The notes beneath the pieces are model-generated. The model did not search any database, was not told the DNA's origin, and was given only the letters and a program-made list of their open reading frames with translations. From the human T2T-CHM13v2.0 reference genome, Homo sapiens, in assembly GCF_009914755.1 (NCBI RefSeq), contig NC_060941.1: a stretch of 64,000 nt of DNA; one strand, given 5' to 3'. Positions 27,612 through 44,566 of the stretch are shown one piece after another (positions within the stretch are counted from its first letter, which is position 1; every line of letters begins with the position of its first letter). The position numbers and the translations under genes are program-made.

Positions 27612-30600
27612 GATTTTGGTACCAGGAGTGGTTCTAGAGAAATGGAATATTAAGAGTGGAGTTCTTTCATTGGTTTTGGGTTTTCTAGAGTTGGCTGCTT
27701 AATATGGTTAGACCCCAAAATGCTAAGGACTCTACGTCTAATAGTATGGAGAACACTGATAGTCCTTGGTGTGAACTGTTTAGAGAGTTAAGCAAAGTAA
27801 ATGCATTTGGCACTCCTGATTCACTGCTCATGAGAGGCAAGGAGTTTAGTGACTCTATACATAATACCTTTGACCATATGTGGAGAACCAAGGAACATAA
27901 TGAAGCTGGTTGGTTGCTCCTGAGTTCAATAGACAAAGTGATGAAAGAAAACGATGAGCTCAGGGATTATGTCTCCTGGCTTCAGAAGCAGATACTGAGC
28001 CTCAAATCTGCTAAGATTGCCCTGAGTGAGACCCTTATCTTCTGTAGAGAAAGAGCTGAAATTGTGAAAAAACAAACACAAATTCTTATCATGCAAGTGG
28101 CTGACCTGCAACAAAAGGTGCATGTACAGACTCACTAGGTGTCTACTGTTAAAGTGAGGGCATTGATTGGAAAAGAATAGGACCCTGCAACTTGGAATGG
28201 GGAAATGTGGGAGCACTCAGATGAAGCTGGGGACACTGAGTTTGTAAACTCTGATGAACCTTTTTTGCCAGAAGGAACAGCTTCCCCATCCCCAGTAGTA
28301 GCAACATCCACTCCCGACCCGTGGTGCCATCAGCCTTTCCACCTTTGTCTGAGGAGATAAACCCTGTGCTGCCTGAGGCAACAGTGATGGCCTCCTCTGA
28401 GGCAGTTGCCAGGCAAAATAATGTTGATTCTCCTCAGGAGCCACCCCAACACCCCTGTTTCGTGGTCCACTACATTGATGACAGTCTAGACCTGTAACTA
28501 GACTAAAGTCTGGTCCATTACATTGATGACAGTCTAGACCTGTAAATAGACTAAAGTCCCAGTGGGCCCCTGGAGGTGAGGTTGAGAGTGTGATCCATGA
28601 GGAGGTGCACGGCACTTCAAAAGAACTGTTTGAGTTCTCTAATTTATAAAAACAGCAATCTGGAGAACATGCATGGGAATTGATATTAAGGGTATGGAAT
28701 AATGGTGGAAGGAACATAGAGTTGGATCAGGCTGAATTTATTGATTTGAGCCCCTAAGTAGGGATTCTGCATTTAATGTTGCAGCTTGGGGAGTTACAAA
28801 AGATTCTAATAGTTTATTTGCTTGGATAGCTGAAATATGGATTAAAAGATGGCCCACTGTGAGCAAGCTGGAAATGCCTGATCTCTCTTGGTTTAATGTA
28901 GAGGAAGGGATCCGAAGGCTTAGGGAGATTGGGATGGTGGAGTGGATTAGTCACTTTAGACCTACTTATCCCAGTGGGGAGGGTCCCGAAGATATACCCT
29001 TGAACAATAGCTTGCGAAACAGATTTGCAAGCATGGCACCAGCATCTTTGAAGAGCCCTGTGATTGCTCTTCTCTGTATGTCAGATCTAACGGTGGGAAC
29101 TGCAGTCACTCAACTACAAAATTTAAATACAATGGGAATAATTGGATCCCAAGGTAGCAGGGGCTAAGTGGCAGCACTCAACCATGAAAGGCAAGGTGGG
29201 CATAACTACTGTAATGGACAGCAGAGGCAAAGCGGCAATCAGAATAGTCTGACTCGTGTAGAGCTCTGGCATTGGCTAATTAATCATGGTGTTCCTAGAA
29301 GTGAAATTGATAGGAAGCCTACTGCATTCCTACTTAAATTATACAAACAAAGAACTTCCAGGTCAAATGGACAAACGACTAATTTGAATCATAAAAACAG
29401 AGAATCACGGCCCCTCAATCAATTTCCAGGATTGAGCCAGTTTAGAGACCCAAAAACCCTTGAATGAAGCGGAGGCCGGGTCCCCTTGAGGAAGGACCCC
29501 ACTACATTACTGACAATTTATGCAGTGAATCTTTCTCCCACCCTTCCCCAAGGAGACCTCCAGCCTTTTACCAGGGTAACTGTGCACTGGGGAAGGAGAA
29601 ATGATCATATATTTTGGGGACTTCTGGACACTGGCTCTGATTTGGCGTTGATTCCAGGGGACACAAAATGTCACTGTGTTCCTCCAGTTAAATTAGGGGC
29701 TTATGGAGGTCAGGTAATTAATGGAGTTTTAGCTCAGGTCCAACTTACAGTGGGCCCAGTGGGTCCCTGGATTCATCCTGTGGTCATTTCCCCAATGACA
29801 GAATGTGTAATTGGCATAGATATATTCAACAGCTGGCAGAACCCCTACATTGGCTCCCTGACTGGTAGGGTGAGAGCTATTATGGTGGGAAAGGCCAAAT
29901 GGAAGCCATTAGAGCTGCCTCTACCTAGAAAAATAGTAAATCAAAAACAATATCACATCCCTGGAGGGACTGCAATTAGTGTCACCATCAAGACTTGAAG
30001 GATGCAGGGATGGTGATTCCCAACACCTCTCCATTCAAGCCTCCCATTTGGCCTGTGTGGATGACAGATGGACCTTGGAGAATGACAGTGGATTATCATA
30101 AGCTTAACCAAGTTGTGACTCCAATTGCAGCTGGTTTCCAATGAAACCAGATGTGATTTCATTGCTTGAGCAAATTAACATGTCTCCTGGTACCTGGTAT
30201 GCAGGTATTGACTTAGCAAATGCCTTTTTCTCCATTCCTGTCCATAAGGCCCACCAGAAGCAATTTGCCTTCAGCTGGCAAGGTCAGCAATATACCTTTA
30301 CTGTCCTACCTCACGGGTATATCAACTCTCCAGCTTTGCGTCATAATCTTATTCAGAGAGACCTTGATCACTTTTTGCTTCTGAAAGATATCACACTGGT
30401 CCATTACAATGACATTATGATGATTGGATCCAGTGAGCAAAAAGTAGCAAACACACTGGACTTATTGGTGAGACATTTGCATGCCAGAGGATGGGAAATA
30501 AATCTGACTAAAATTCAGGGAACTTCTACCTCAGTAAAATTTCTAGGGATTCAGTGGTATGGGCCCTGCCGAGATATTCTTTCTAAAGCAAAGGATAACT

Positions 30601-32407
30601 TGCTGCATTTGGCCCCTCCTACAACCAAGAAAGAGGTACAATGCCTAGTGCGCCTATTTGGATTTTGGAGACAACACATTCCTCATTTGGGTGTGTTACT
30701 CTGGCCCATTTATCTAGTGACCTGAAAGGCTGCCAGTTCTGAGTGGGGTCCAGAACAGGGGAAGGCTCTGCAATAGGTCCAGGCTGCTGTGCAAGCTGCT
30801 CTGCCACTTGGACCATAAGACACAGCAGATCCAGTGGTGCCTGAAGTGTCAGTGGCAAATAGGGATGCTGTTTGGAGCCTTTGGCAGGCTCCCATAGGTG
30901 AATCACAGCAGAGGCATCTAGGATTTTGGAGCAAGGCCCTGCCATCTAGTTCAGATAACTACTCTCCTTTTGAGAGACAGCTCTTAGCCTGTTACTGGGC
31001 TTTGGTGGAAACTGAACGTTTGACTATGGGTCATCAAGTCACCATGTGACCTGAACTGCCTGTCATGAACTGGGTGTTTTCTGACTTATCTAGCCATAAA
31101 GTGGGTCATGCACAGCAGCATTCCATCATCAAGTGGAAGTGGTATGTATGTGATCAGGCTCAAGCAGGTCCTGAAGGCCAAGTAAGTTACATGAGGACAT
31201 GGCTCAAATGCCCAGGGTCTTCACTCCTGCCACCTGCCTTCTCTCCCCCAGCCTGCACTGATGGCCTCATGGGGAGTTCCCTATGATCAGTTGACAGAGT
31301 AACAGAAGACTAGGGCCAGGTTCACAGACGGTTCTGCATAATACACAGGCACCACCCAAAAGTGGACAGCTGCAGCACTACACCCTCTTTCTAGGACATC
31401 CCTGAAGTATAGCGGTGAAGGGAAATGTTCCCAGTGGGCAGAATTTTGAAAAGTGCACCTGGTTGTGCACTTTGCATGAAAGGAGAAATGGACAAATGTG
31501 CAATTATACACTGATTCCTGGGCTGTAGCCAATGGCTTGGCTGGATGGTCAGGGACTTGGAAGAAGCATGATTGGAAAATTGGTGACAAAGAAATTTGGG
31601 GAAGAAGTATGTACATGGACCTCTCTGAATGGTCAAAAACTGTGAAGATATTTGTATCTCATGTGAGTGCTCGAGTGACCTCAGTGGAGGGGGAGTTTAA
31701 CAATCAAGTGGAGAGGATGAGCCGTAATGTGGACATTACTCAGCCTCTTTCCCCAGCCACCCCTGTCACCGCCCAATGGGCCCATGAACAAAGTGGCCAT
31801 GGTGGCAGGGATGGAGGCTACACATGGGTTCAGCAAGATAGACTTCCACTCACCAAGACTGACCTGGCTATGGCCACTGCTGAGTGTCCAATTTGCCAAC
31901 AGAAGAGACCAATATTGAGCCCTCAATATGACACTATTCCTCGGGGTGATCAGCCAGCCACCTGGTGGCAGGTTGATTATATTGGACCTCTTCCATCATG
32001 GAAAGGGCAGAGGTTTGTCCTCACTGGAATAGACACTTACTCCTGATATGGGTTTACCTATCCTGTATGCAATGCTTCTGTCAAGACTACCATTTGTGGA
32101 CTCATGAAATTGCCTTATCCACCAGCATGGAATTCCACACAGCATTGCCTCTGACCAAGGCACTCACTTTACAGCTAAAGAAGTGTGGCAGTGGGCTCAT
32201 ACTCATGGAATTCACTGGTCTTACCATGTTCTCCATCATCCTGAAGCAGCTGGATTGATAGAATGGTGGAATGGCCTTTTGGAGTCACTATGACAATACT
32301 TTGCAGGGCTGGGGCAAAGTTCTCCAGAAGGCCATGTATGCTCTGAATCAGCATCCAATATATGGTACTGTTTCTCCTATAGCCAGGATTCACAGGTCCA
32401 AGAATCA
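27612..32407 (+). mobile_element. HERV-L internal region (degenerate gag-pro-RT-RNaseH-integrase); 3'-truncated, no dUTPase or 3' LTR
   Basis: Protease LLDTGS (ORF 29486), RT IDLANAFFSIP/LPHG/VHYND (ORF 30141), RNaseH LYTDSWAVANG and integrase H-H-CPIC, WQVDYIG (ORF 31498). Many stops and frameshifts. Confidence 0.95.
27617..27631 (+). other. Primer-binding site complementary to the tRNA-Leu 3' end
   Basis: TGGTACCAGGAGTGG directly after the LTR is the reverse complement of the tRNA-Leu end CCACTCCTGGTACCA. Confidence 0.8.
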
Positions 32408-32698
32408 CGAGTCCGAGAATCAATTTGATTACTTTAATGTAAATGAGATTATACCATACTCTCTTCTCTGTCACTTCCTATTTTCATGTAATTTATGTTA
32501 GACATCTGTCGATGTCAGTATAAATAGATCTAGATCATTTTTTATAGTTGTATAGCTTTCATTACTTGGATGTTTCACAATTTACTTAGCTAACTACCTA
32601 TTGTTGGACATTTGGTTATTTCCAAATTTTTGCTATTTCATATAATGCTGCGCTTATATAAAATATAGTTCTATATAATTATGTTTAATTATGTACTA

Positions 32699-32986
<288 letters not shown>

Positions 32987-33576
32987 TCACACCACGGCAC
33001 TCCAGCCAGCGCGTCAAAGGCCCTGTCTGAAAAAAAAGGAAGAAGCGGGGGCGGCAAATAAGTAGAGTATACGCCACCTCATCCAACCTTACTGGAACCA
33101 GTAGTTGACTGGTTAATCAGTCCAACCAAGGAAGCATTAAAAACTGATGCATGTGCCGGGCATGGTGGCTCACGCCCGCAATCCCCGCACTTTGTGAGAC
33201 CGAGGCGGGCTGATCACCTGAGGTTAGGAGTTTGAGACCAGCCTGGCCAACATGGTGAAACCCTGTCTCTACTAAAAATACAAAAGTTAGCCATGCATGG
33301 TAGTACACGTCTGTAATCACAGCTACTCAGGAGGCTGAGGCAAAAAAAGGAGAAGAAATGCTATGTGAAGCCTTTTTATAAGCACATTAATTTCATTCAC
33401 GAGGGCAGAGCACTCATGACCTAATCACCACCTTGAAAGCCTCACTTCTTAACATCATCACATTAGGTCTTAGGTTATAACATGAATTTTGGAGGACTCC
33501 AGAAAAAAAAAGTGAAAGACAACCCACAGAATGGGAGAAAATACTTGCAAATTATATACAAAGTAGGCTCACTTTA

Positions 33577-33726
<150 letters not shown>

Positions 33727-34042
33727 TTACCCAGATGTGGTGACATGTGCCTGTGGTCCCAGCTACTTGGGAGGTTGAGGTGGGAGAATCACGTGAGCCC
33801 AGGAGGTTGAGGCTGCAGTGAGCCAAGATAACATTAATGTATCCCAGCCTGGGCGATAGACCGAGACCTTATCTCAAAAAAAAAATATATATATATGTAT
33901 ATATTTATTTATCTACCTATATATTCATATATAGATATAGATTAATATAGATATATAAACATATATTTATAGATATATAGATACATAAATATATAGCTAT
34001 ATAAATATATATTTATAAATATATAGATATATATGTAACAAA

Positions 34043-34630
<588 letters not shown>

Positions 34631-34708
34631 ATCTGACAATGGACTTGGATCTAGAATACATAAAGAACTCTTACAACTTGATAATAAAAAGGATATAACC
34701 CAATTTTA

Positions 34709-34939
<231 letters not shown>

Positions 34940-34942
34940 TCA

Positions 34943-35492
<550 letters not shown>

Positions 35493-36395
35493 ACATCATT
35501 AGCCATCAGGGAAGTGCAAATCCAAACCATGTTAAGATACCACTTCACACTCACAAGAATGGCTATAATAAACAGACACATAATAACAAGTGTTGGAGAA
35601 AATGTGGAAAAATTGAAACACTCATATGTTGCTGGAGGGAATGTAAAATGCTTTGCAATGAAGTTGGAACTGCTTTGGAAATAGTCTGGCAGTTCCTCCA
35701 AAGCTTAAACATAGAGTTATCATATGACCTGGCAATGCCAGGCTTCATCGTATTCCCAAGGGGAAGGAAAACATATGTCCACACAAAAACTTATACATGA
35801 ATGTTCATAGCAGCATTATTCATAATAGTCAAAAAGTAGAGACAGCTGGGTGTGGTGGCTCCCAACACTTTGGGAGGCCAAGGCGGGAGGATTGCTTGAG
35901 CTCAGGAGCTCGAGACCAGCCTGGCCAACAGAGTGAAATCCGATCTCTACTGAAAATACAAAAATCAGCGGGACATGGTATACGTGCCTGTAATCCCAGC
36001 TACTTGGGAGGCTGAGGCAGGTGAATGGCTTGAATCCAGGAGGCGGAGGCCGCAGTGAGCCAAGATCACACCACCGTACTCCAGCCTGAGTGACAGACTG
36101 AGACTCCATCTCAAAAAAAAAAAAAAAAGTGATAAACAGATAAATGAAATGTGTTATATTCCTACAACAGAATATTACTGAGCCATAAAAAAAAGGAAAT
36201 AAGTACTGACACATGCTATAACATGAATGAACCTTGAAAACATTAGGTTACTTGAAAAAAGCCAGTCACAAAAGATCACAAATTGTATGGTTCCATTTAT
36301 ATGAAATGTCCAAATAGGCAAATCCTATCCTAAAAGAAAGTAAATTAGTGGTTGCCTAGGACTGAGGAATGGAGGAAATGGGGAGTGACTGCTCA

Positions 36396-36811
<416 letters not shown>

Positions 36812-36997
36812 TCAGGCAGAAGCTTGTCAGGTTTGCTGTGGTGTGGCTAGTGTGGAAGGACTCAGTGGGAAGGAAAAGAAATGAGGGCACAGTAGTGGGC
36901 AGGGCCAAGATAAAATAAAGCCATATGCATACTGCTACATTTTTTCCTTGCTAACATATTTCATTGAATGTAGACAAAACTTATTATAAAGACATAA

Positions 36998-37369
<372 letters not shown>

Positions 37370-37901
37370 TAAGATTGTCAGGTGCTTTCTGGACAGGAAA
37401 TGCCTTAATTTATGACTCAAAATACAAACAAGTGTAGGTGATCAAATGCATATCTATGTCTTCAATGGAAATATATATACATACAAGTCATTAACGAAGA
37501 CAAATGAGAACATGAAATTCATGACCTATTTTCCTTTCCATCACCTAGCCCCCTAAAGGAGAGATCTTTTTCATTCAGAGCCCTGGGTTTTGTTTTGTTT
37601 CATGATTTGCTTTTTTTTTTTTTAAATAAGAGTTTATTTATTTATTTATTTGAGACAAGGTTTCACTCCCATCAGCCAGGCTGGAGTGCAATGGCGTGAA
37701 CTCAGTTCACTGCAACTTCTGCCTCCTGGACTCAAGTGACTCTCTTGCCTCAGCCTCCTGAGTAGCTGGGACTACAGGCACGTGCCGCTGCATCCAGCTA
37801 ATTTTTTGTAGAGACAGGGTTTCACCATGTTGGCCAGGCTGGTCTTGAACTCCTGAGTTCAAGCGATCCGTCTGCCTCTGAGTCTCAAAGTGCTAGGGTT
37901 A

Positions 37902-38366
<465 letters not shown>

Positions 38367-38557
38367 CTATATAATAAATATTGCAATACTTTATTTATTT
38401 ATTTATTTATTTTTCGAGATGAGGGTCTCGCTGTGTTGCCCAGGCTAGTCTTGAACTCTTGGGCTCAAGGGCTTCTCCTGCCTCAGCCTCCCCAGTGGCT
38501 GGGCTAATAGGCACACACCACCATGCCCAGCTCTACATACTGATTTTTTTTTTTTGA

Positions 38558-38701
<144 letters not shown>

Positions 38702-39039
38702 TAATTTTTTGTATTTTTAGTAGAGACGGGGTTTCACCGTGTTAACCAGGATGGTCTCGCTCTGCTGACCTCGTGATCCGCCCGCCTCGACCTCCCAAGG
38801 TGCTGGGATTACAGGCGTGAGCCACCGCGCCCGGCCCATACTGATTTTGAAATTTAAAAAATCTACATTCTATATTCGCATCATAGCTTCTCCCTAATAA
38901 AATCTTTGTGAGTGTTTATGGGACTTATTCCCCGAAAAATCTGCAAGCAGCCTGGTAGCTTTATATACACAGGAAAGCCAAAGGACAAACTAGGAATTAC
39001 GTCAGAGATGGGGAAAGACTAAGGATCTTACCCAAATCA

Positions 39040-39453
<414 letters not shown>

Positions 39454-40495
39454 TTATAAACACTATTACCAAACCCATTTAAGATTGAAGATAAATTATA
39501 TCATGGCATGGGTAAAGATTTTCAATAAGGAGTTGCTAGGATAAAAGTCAAAATTCTCCAGCATAAATTCACTGACAGGGATTTCTGTTTAATCTTTTCA
39601 AAATTCTAATACCCAATTTGTTTCCTCTAGAGAATAACTCGTGTAGAATCATAACCTCTTTGGTGGACCTTGATTTTTCCATCTGTAAAAGTATAGAACT
39701 AGTTTTGACTTAACAGTCAACAAATGCCTACCCTCTCCATATCTAGCTGATTAGAGCGCCCTCGTGCGCATTTGCTGTAATGTTTTAGAAATCTGAAAAA
39801 GACAATATTAATCTCAGCAGTAATACAATAAATAATGTCTTCATTTGCACATTTATAGCAAATGCTATAAATATATAGCTCCAAGTATTACTCAGTAAAA
39901 GCTAAAGGCAAATGCTGTAGTAGGTTAATCTTACTGTCGTTCACTATCAAACCTTTCTTATGCCAATTTTATCCTAAAACAGTGAAGTTATTGTTTTGGT
40001 TTCAATTTTAATTTAATGACTTAAAGGATTTTTTCCCTTAAAACTTCTAAGTATTTCATTATAATATTATTTCATCATTAGGCTTAAAGGAAAATATGTG
40101 GTCAATTGAGTTGTTATTTATTATACATGATAGCTTGACATCATCTTTTTAGGGATGGAAAACAGCTCCAGGGACCAAGTCTAACTCAGTTTTTTGATAT
40201 AAGAATTTACCTGTCGGCCGGGTGCAATGGCTCACACCTGTAATCCCAGCACTTTGGGAGGCCGAGGCGGGCGGATATAGGTCAGCAGATCAAGACCAGG
40301 AGTTCAAGACCAGCCTGGCCAAGATGGTGAAACCCCATCTGTACTAAAACTACAAAAATTAGCCAGGCGTGATGGCAGGCACCTGTAATCCCACCTACTT
40401 GGGAGGCTGAGGCAGGAGAATCACTTGAACCCGGTTCAAGTGAGCCGGCTGCAGTGAGCCAAGATCACGCCACTGCACTCCAGCCTGGGCAATAA

Positions 40496-41014
<519 letters not shown>

Positions 41015-41275
41015 TAATGCCCTCAAATATTCTCCTATCCAATCACTGTATTTTAAATGGCATTCCTCCAACAAATATTTGTTGAGCCCCCACTATGTGC
41101 CAGGATTGAAATGTCAAATTGAAGGAGGCAATAGCTACTGAAGTAAAGCAAAAAAAGTACTGGTTATTTTTCCTTCTATAAAATGACCTAGTAATAACCG
41201 CTTTACCCAGGAGAGTTGCTGTAAAGATCTAATAACATGACACATATAACCACACCCCTAAAGAATGAGGTGTTA

Positions 41276-41575
41276 CCGCATGTTCTCACTCATAGGTGGG
41301 AATTGAACAATGAGAACACATGGACACAGGAAGGGGAACATCACACTCTGGGGACTGTTGCGGGGTGTGGGGAGGGGGGAGGGATAGCATTAGGAGATAT
41401 ACCTAATGCTAAATGACGAGTTAATGGGTGCAGCACACCAGCATGGCACATGTATACATATGTAACTAACCTGCACATTGTGCACATGTACCCTACAACT
41501 TAAAGTGTAATAATAATAAAATAATAAAATTAAAAAAAGAAATTTTGCTTAAATAAATATTATAATAAAAAAAAC
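41276..41575 (+). mobile_element. Short 5'-truncated L1PA3-like insertion with TSD
   Basis: L1 3'UTR GCATTAGGAGATATACCTAATGCTAAATGACGAG. TSD gaatgaggtgtta at 41263-41275 and 41576-41588. Confidence 0.9.
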
Positions 41576-41742
41576 GAATGAGGTGTTATTAAAATGTTTG
41601 CAAGAGAAACCCTAGTAATTCCAAGCACATATTTTAGGAATGGTTTCTTGTGTAGAAAATCCTGGAATGTGAGGCTCTGCTGATTTTTTTAATGCATATT
41701 CTCTTCTTATGTATGCGGAATTTTTTTTTTTTTTTGAGATAG

Positions 41743-41952
<210 letters not shown>

Positions 41953-43550
41953 TGATCCACCCACTTCAGCCTCCCAAAGTGCTGGGATTACAGGCATGAG
42001 CCACTGTACCTGGCCTATTTTTGTTTTTACTAATGTTTCAAGAGACCCACTTTATGTACAGAATTCTGGCTACAACCTAACAAATGAGTTGCTCTGTTCA
42101 TCAGTTATAGCCAATTTAAGTAATTATGAAAAGCTCAACAATACTTTAACTGGCAATGAAAGCGTCAATATCTCACATTTACCACCACAACTTAGGATTT
42201 CTTGGTAGCTAAATAAAATGCTTCTATTTTGTGGGGGGAAACTGTCACATAAGTTGAAATTCTGCAATGTTCAATTGATGAAAAGGTCTCTATGTTAAAT
42301 CAAAGGTATAAATTCCACATCAGTAGTACATGAAAGAGAAAAAAAAAGCCAAAATTAAAGTGATCCATGCCCACTTCCCTGAGTGAACCTAAGATTTTAC
42401 TAACAGAGATGCCGTAACTTTGATCATGCACACATCAAACTTGAATTTAAAAACATGCATGCACTCACTCATCTTTTATCTCTTATGTAATTAATACTGT
42501 AAGATTATATTTTGCCTACGTGCTCTATATTACTAATTTATAGGATTATTACTATTCAGTGTTGTTTACTTGAAACCATACTGTACTATACACAACTTTT
42601 GCATTCCATGCTAACTTTATTTTTTTAACTAATTTTTTTTTATACAGAGTCTCACTCACTCTATTGGCCAGGCTGGAGTGCAGTGGCACGATCTTGGCTC
42701 CTGCAACCTCTGCCTCTCGGGTTCAAGTCATTCTCCTGCCTCAGCCTCCCAAGTAGTTGGTACCACAGGTACATGCCACCACACCCGGCTAATTTTTGTA
42801 TTTTTGGTAGAGATGGGGTTTCACCATGTGGGCCAGGCTGGTCTCGAACTCCTGACCTCAAGGTTATAGGCGTGAGCCACGATGTCCCAACTCCATGCTA
42901 ACTTTAGAGCTTATTTCCCATCCCATAAGATACAACACTACTTGTGTTATATAGTGAGCAGTGTGGGGAAGAAAAGCATAGAATTAAGTTAGTGACAAAT
43001 CCAGTGAACTCAAAAAGAGGGAAAAAACCACTCCCAAACAATTGTTTTCCCCATATTCTATTCTCCCTAGAGGTAGTCCATACAGGAACGACAAAAGAAA
43101 AAAAAGGATACAAAATGAGAAAGATGTTCATGTGACATATAAGTACAGTAATAAAATCAACAAGCATATATGGTATTTAAGCAAAATAGTATGTATGCAT
43201 TGATGGTCATCTGATATAAATCCATCATTTCTGTTGGCCAACATCTAAAACCTTCACTTTTCTGAGGAGACAAGCTATAAATCTATACGGATATTTCTAC
43301 AATGAGAATTCATTATTACATATGAACCAATATAATTTGATGTCAAATATTCACAATTAGGTTTAAAAAATCCCCTACTTGGCCGGGCGCAGTGGCTCAT
43401 GCCTGTAATCCCAGCACTTTGGGAGGCCAAGGCGGGTGGATCATGAGGTCAAGAAACCAAGACCATCCTGGCCAACATGGTGAAGCCCTGTCTCTACTAA
43501 AAATACAAAAATTAACTGGGCGTGGTGGCAGGCGCCTGTAGTCCCAGCTA

Positions 43551-43721
<171 letters not shown>

Positions 43722-44344
43722 TCATGCCTATAATTTTGGCACTTTGGGAAGCCGAGGTGGGAAGATAGCTTGAGTCCAGGAGTAAAATAGTGAGACTCTG
43801 TCTCTACAAAAAAATAAAAAATTAGCTGGATGGGGCACACACCTGTAGTCCAGGTACTCACGAGGCTGAAATGGGTGGATCACTTGAGCCTGGGAGGTCA
43901 AGGCTGTAGTGAACTGTGATCACACCACTACACCCTACACCCAGCCTGGGCTACAAGGTGAGACCCTGTCTCAAAAAAAAAAAAAAAAAAGGTACCAAAA
44001 ATCTATAGCTGTTTCAGGAATAAAATACATGTAGTTAGTGAGGTTTTTCTCTCCCACTGCTATGACTTAATTTTTGGTTGAGATGCTAAGCCAAACATCA
44101 TTTTAAGTCTGTGGCCCAACCAAAAAAGGGAATCATACTCTCCAAAGAATTGTACATTCCCACTCTAATTGCTAAAATAAAATGTTGGATTATGAAAATC
44201 AATTTTATAGGTATCAATAAGTTATAAGAGCATGGCTTATTTAAAAAAAAAAGTGGGCCAGGTTACCTACATGAGCTGCAAAGCAAGCAAACTGAATTTT
44301 CTTATCGAAGAGCCCATCCTCATACTTAAAATTTCCCATGACTA

Positions 44345-44566
<222 letters not shown>

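Noticed and set aside
27617-27631. tRNA gene
   Set aside because: Only a 15-nt antisense match; this is the retroviral primer-binding site.
28463-28558. CRISPR-like repeat-spacer array
   Set aside because: Only two adjacent units without unique spacers, in a eukaryotic ERV.
27704-32046. Functional or domesticated HERV-L proteins
   Set aside because: Multiple stops and frameshifts, RT YIDD reduced to YND, integrase truncated.
39570-39684. Possible minus-strand exon after TTTTACAG
   Set aside because: No recognisable peptide or donor site; CATCTGTAAAA is a common MIR core motif.
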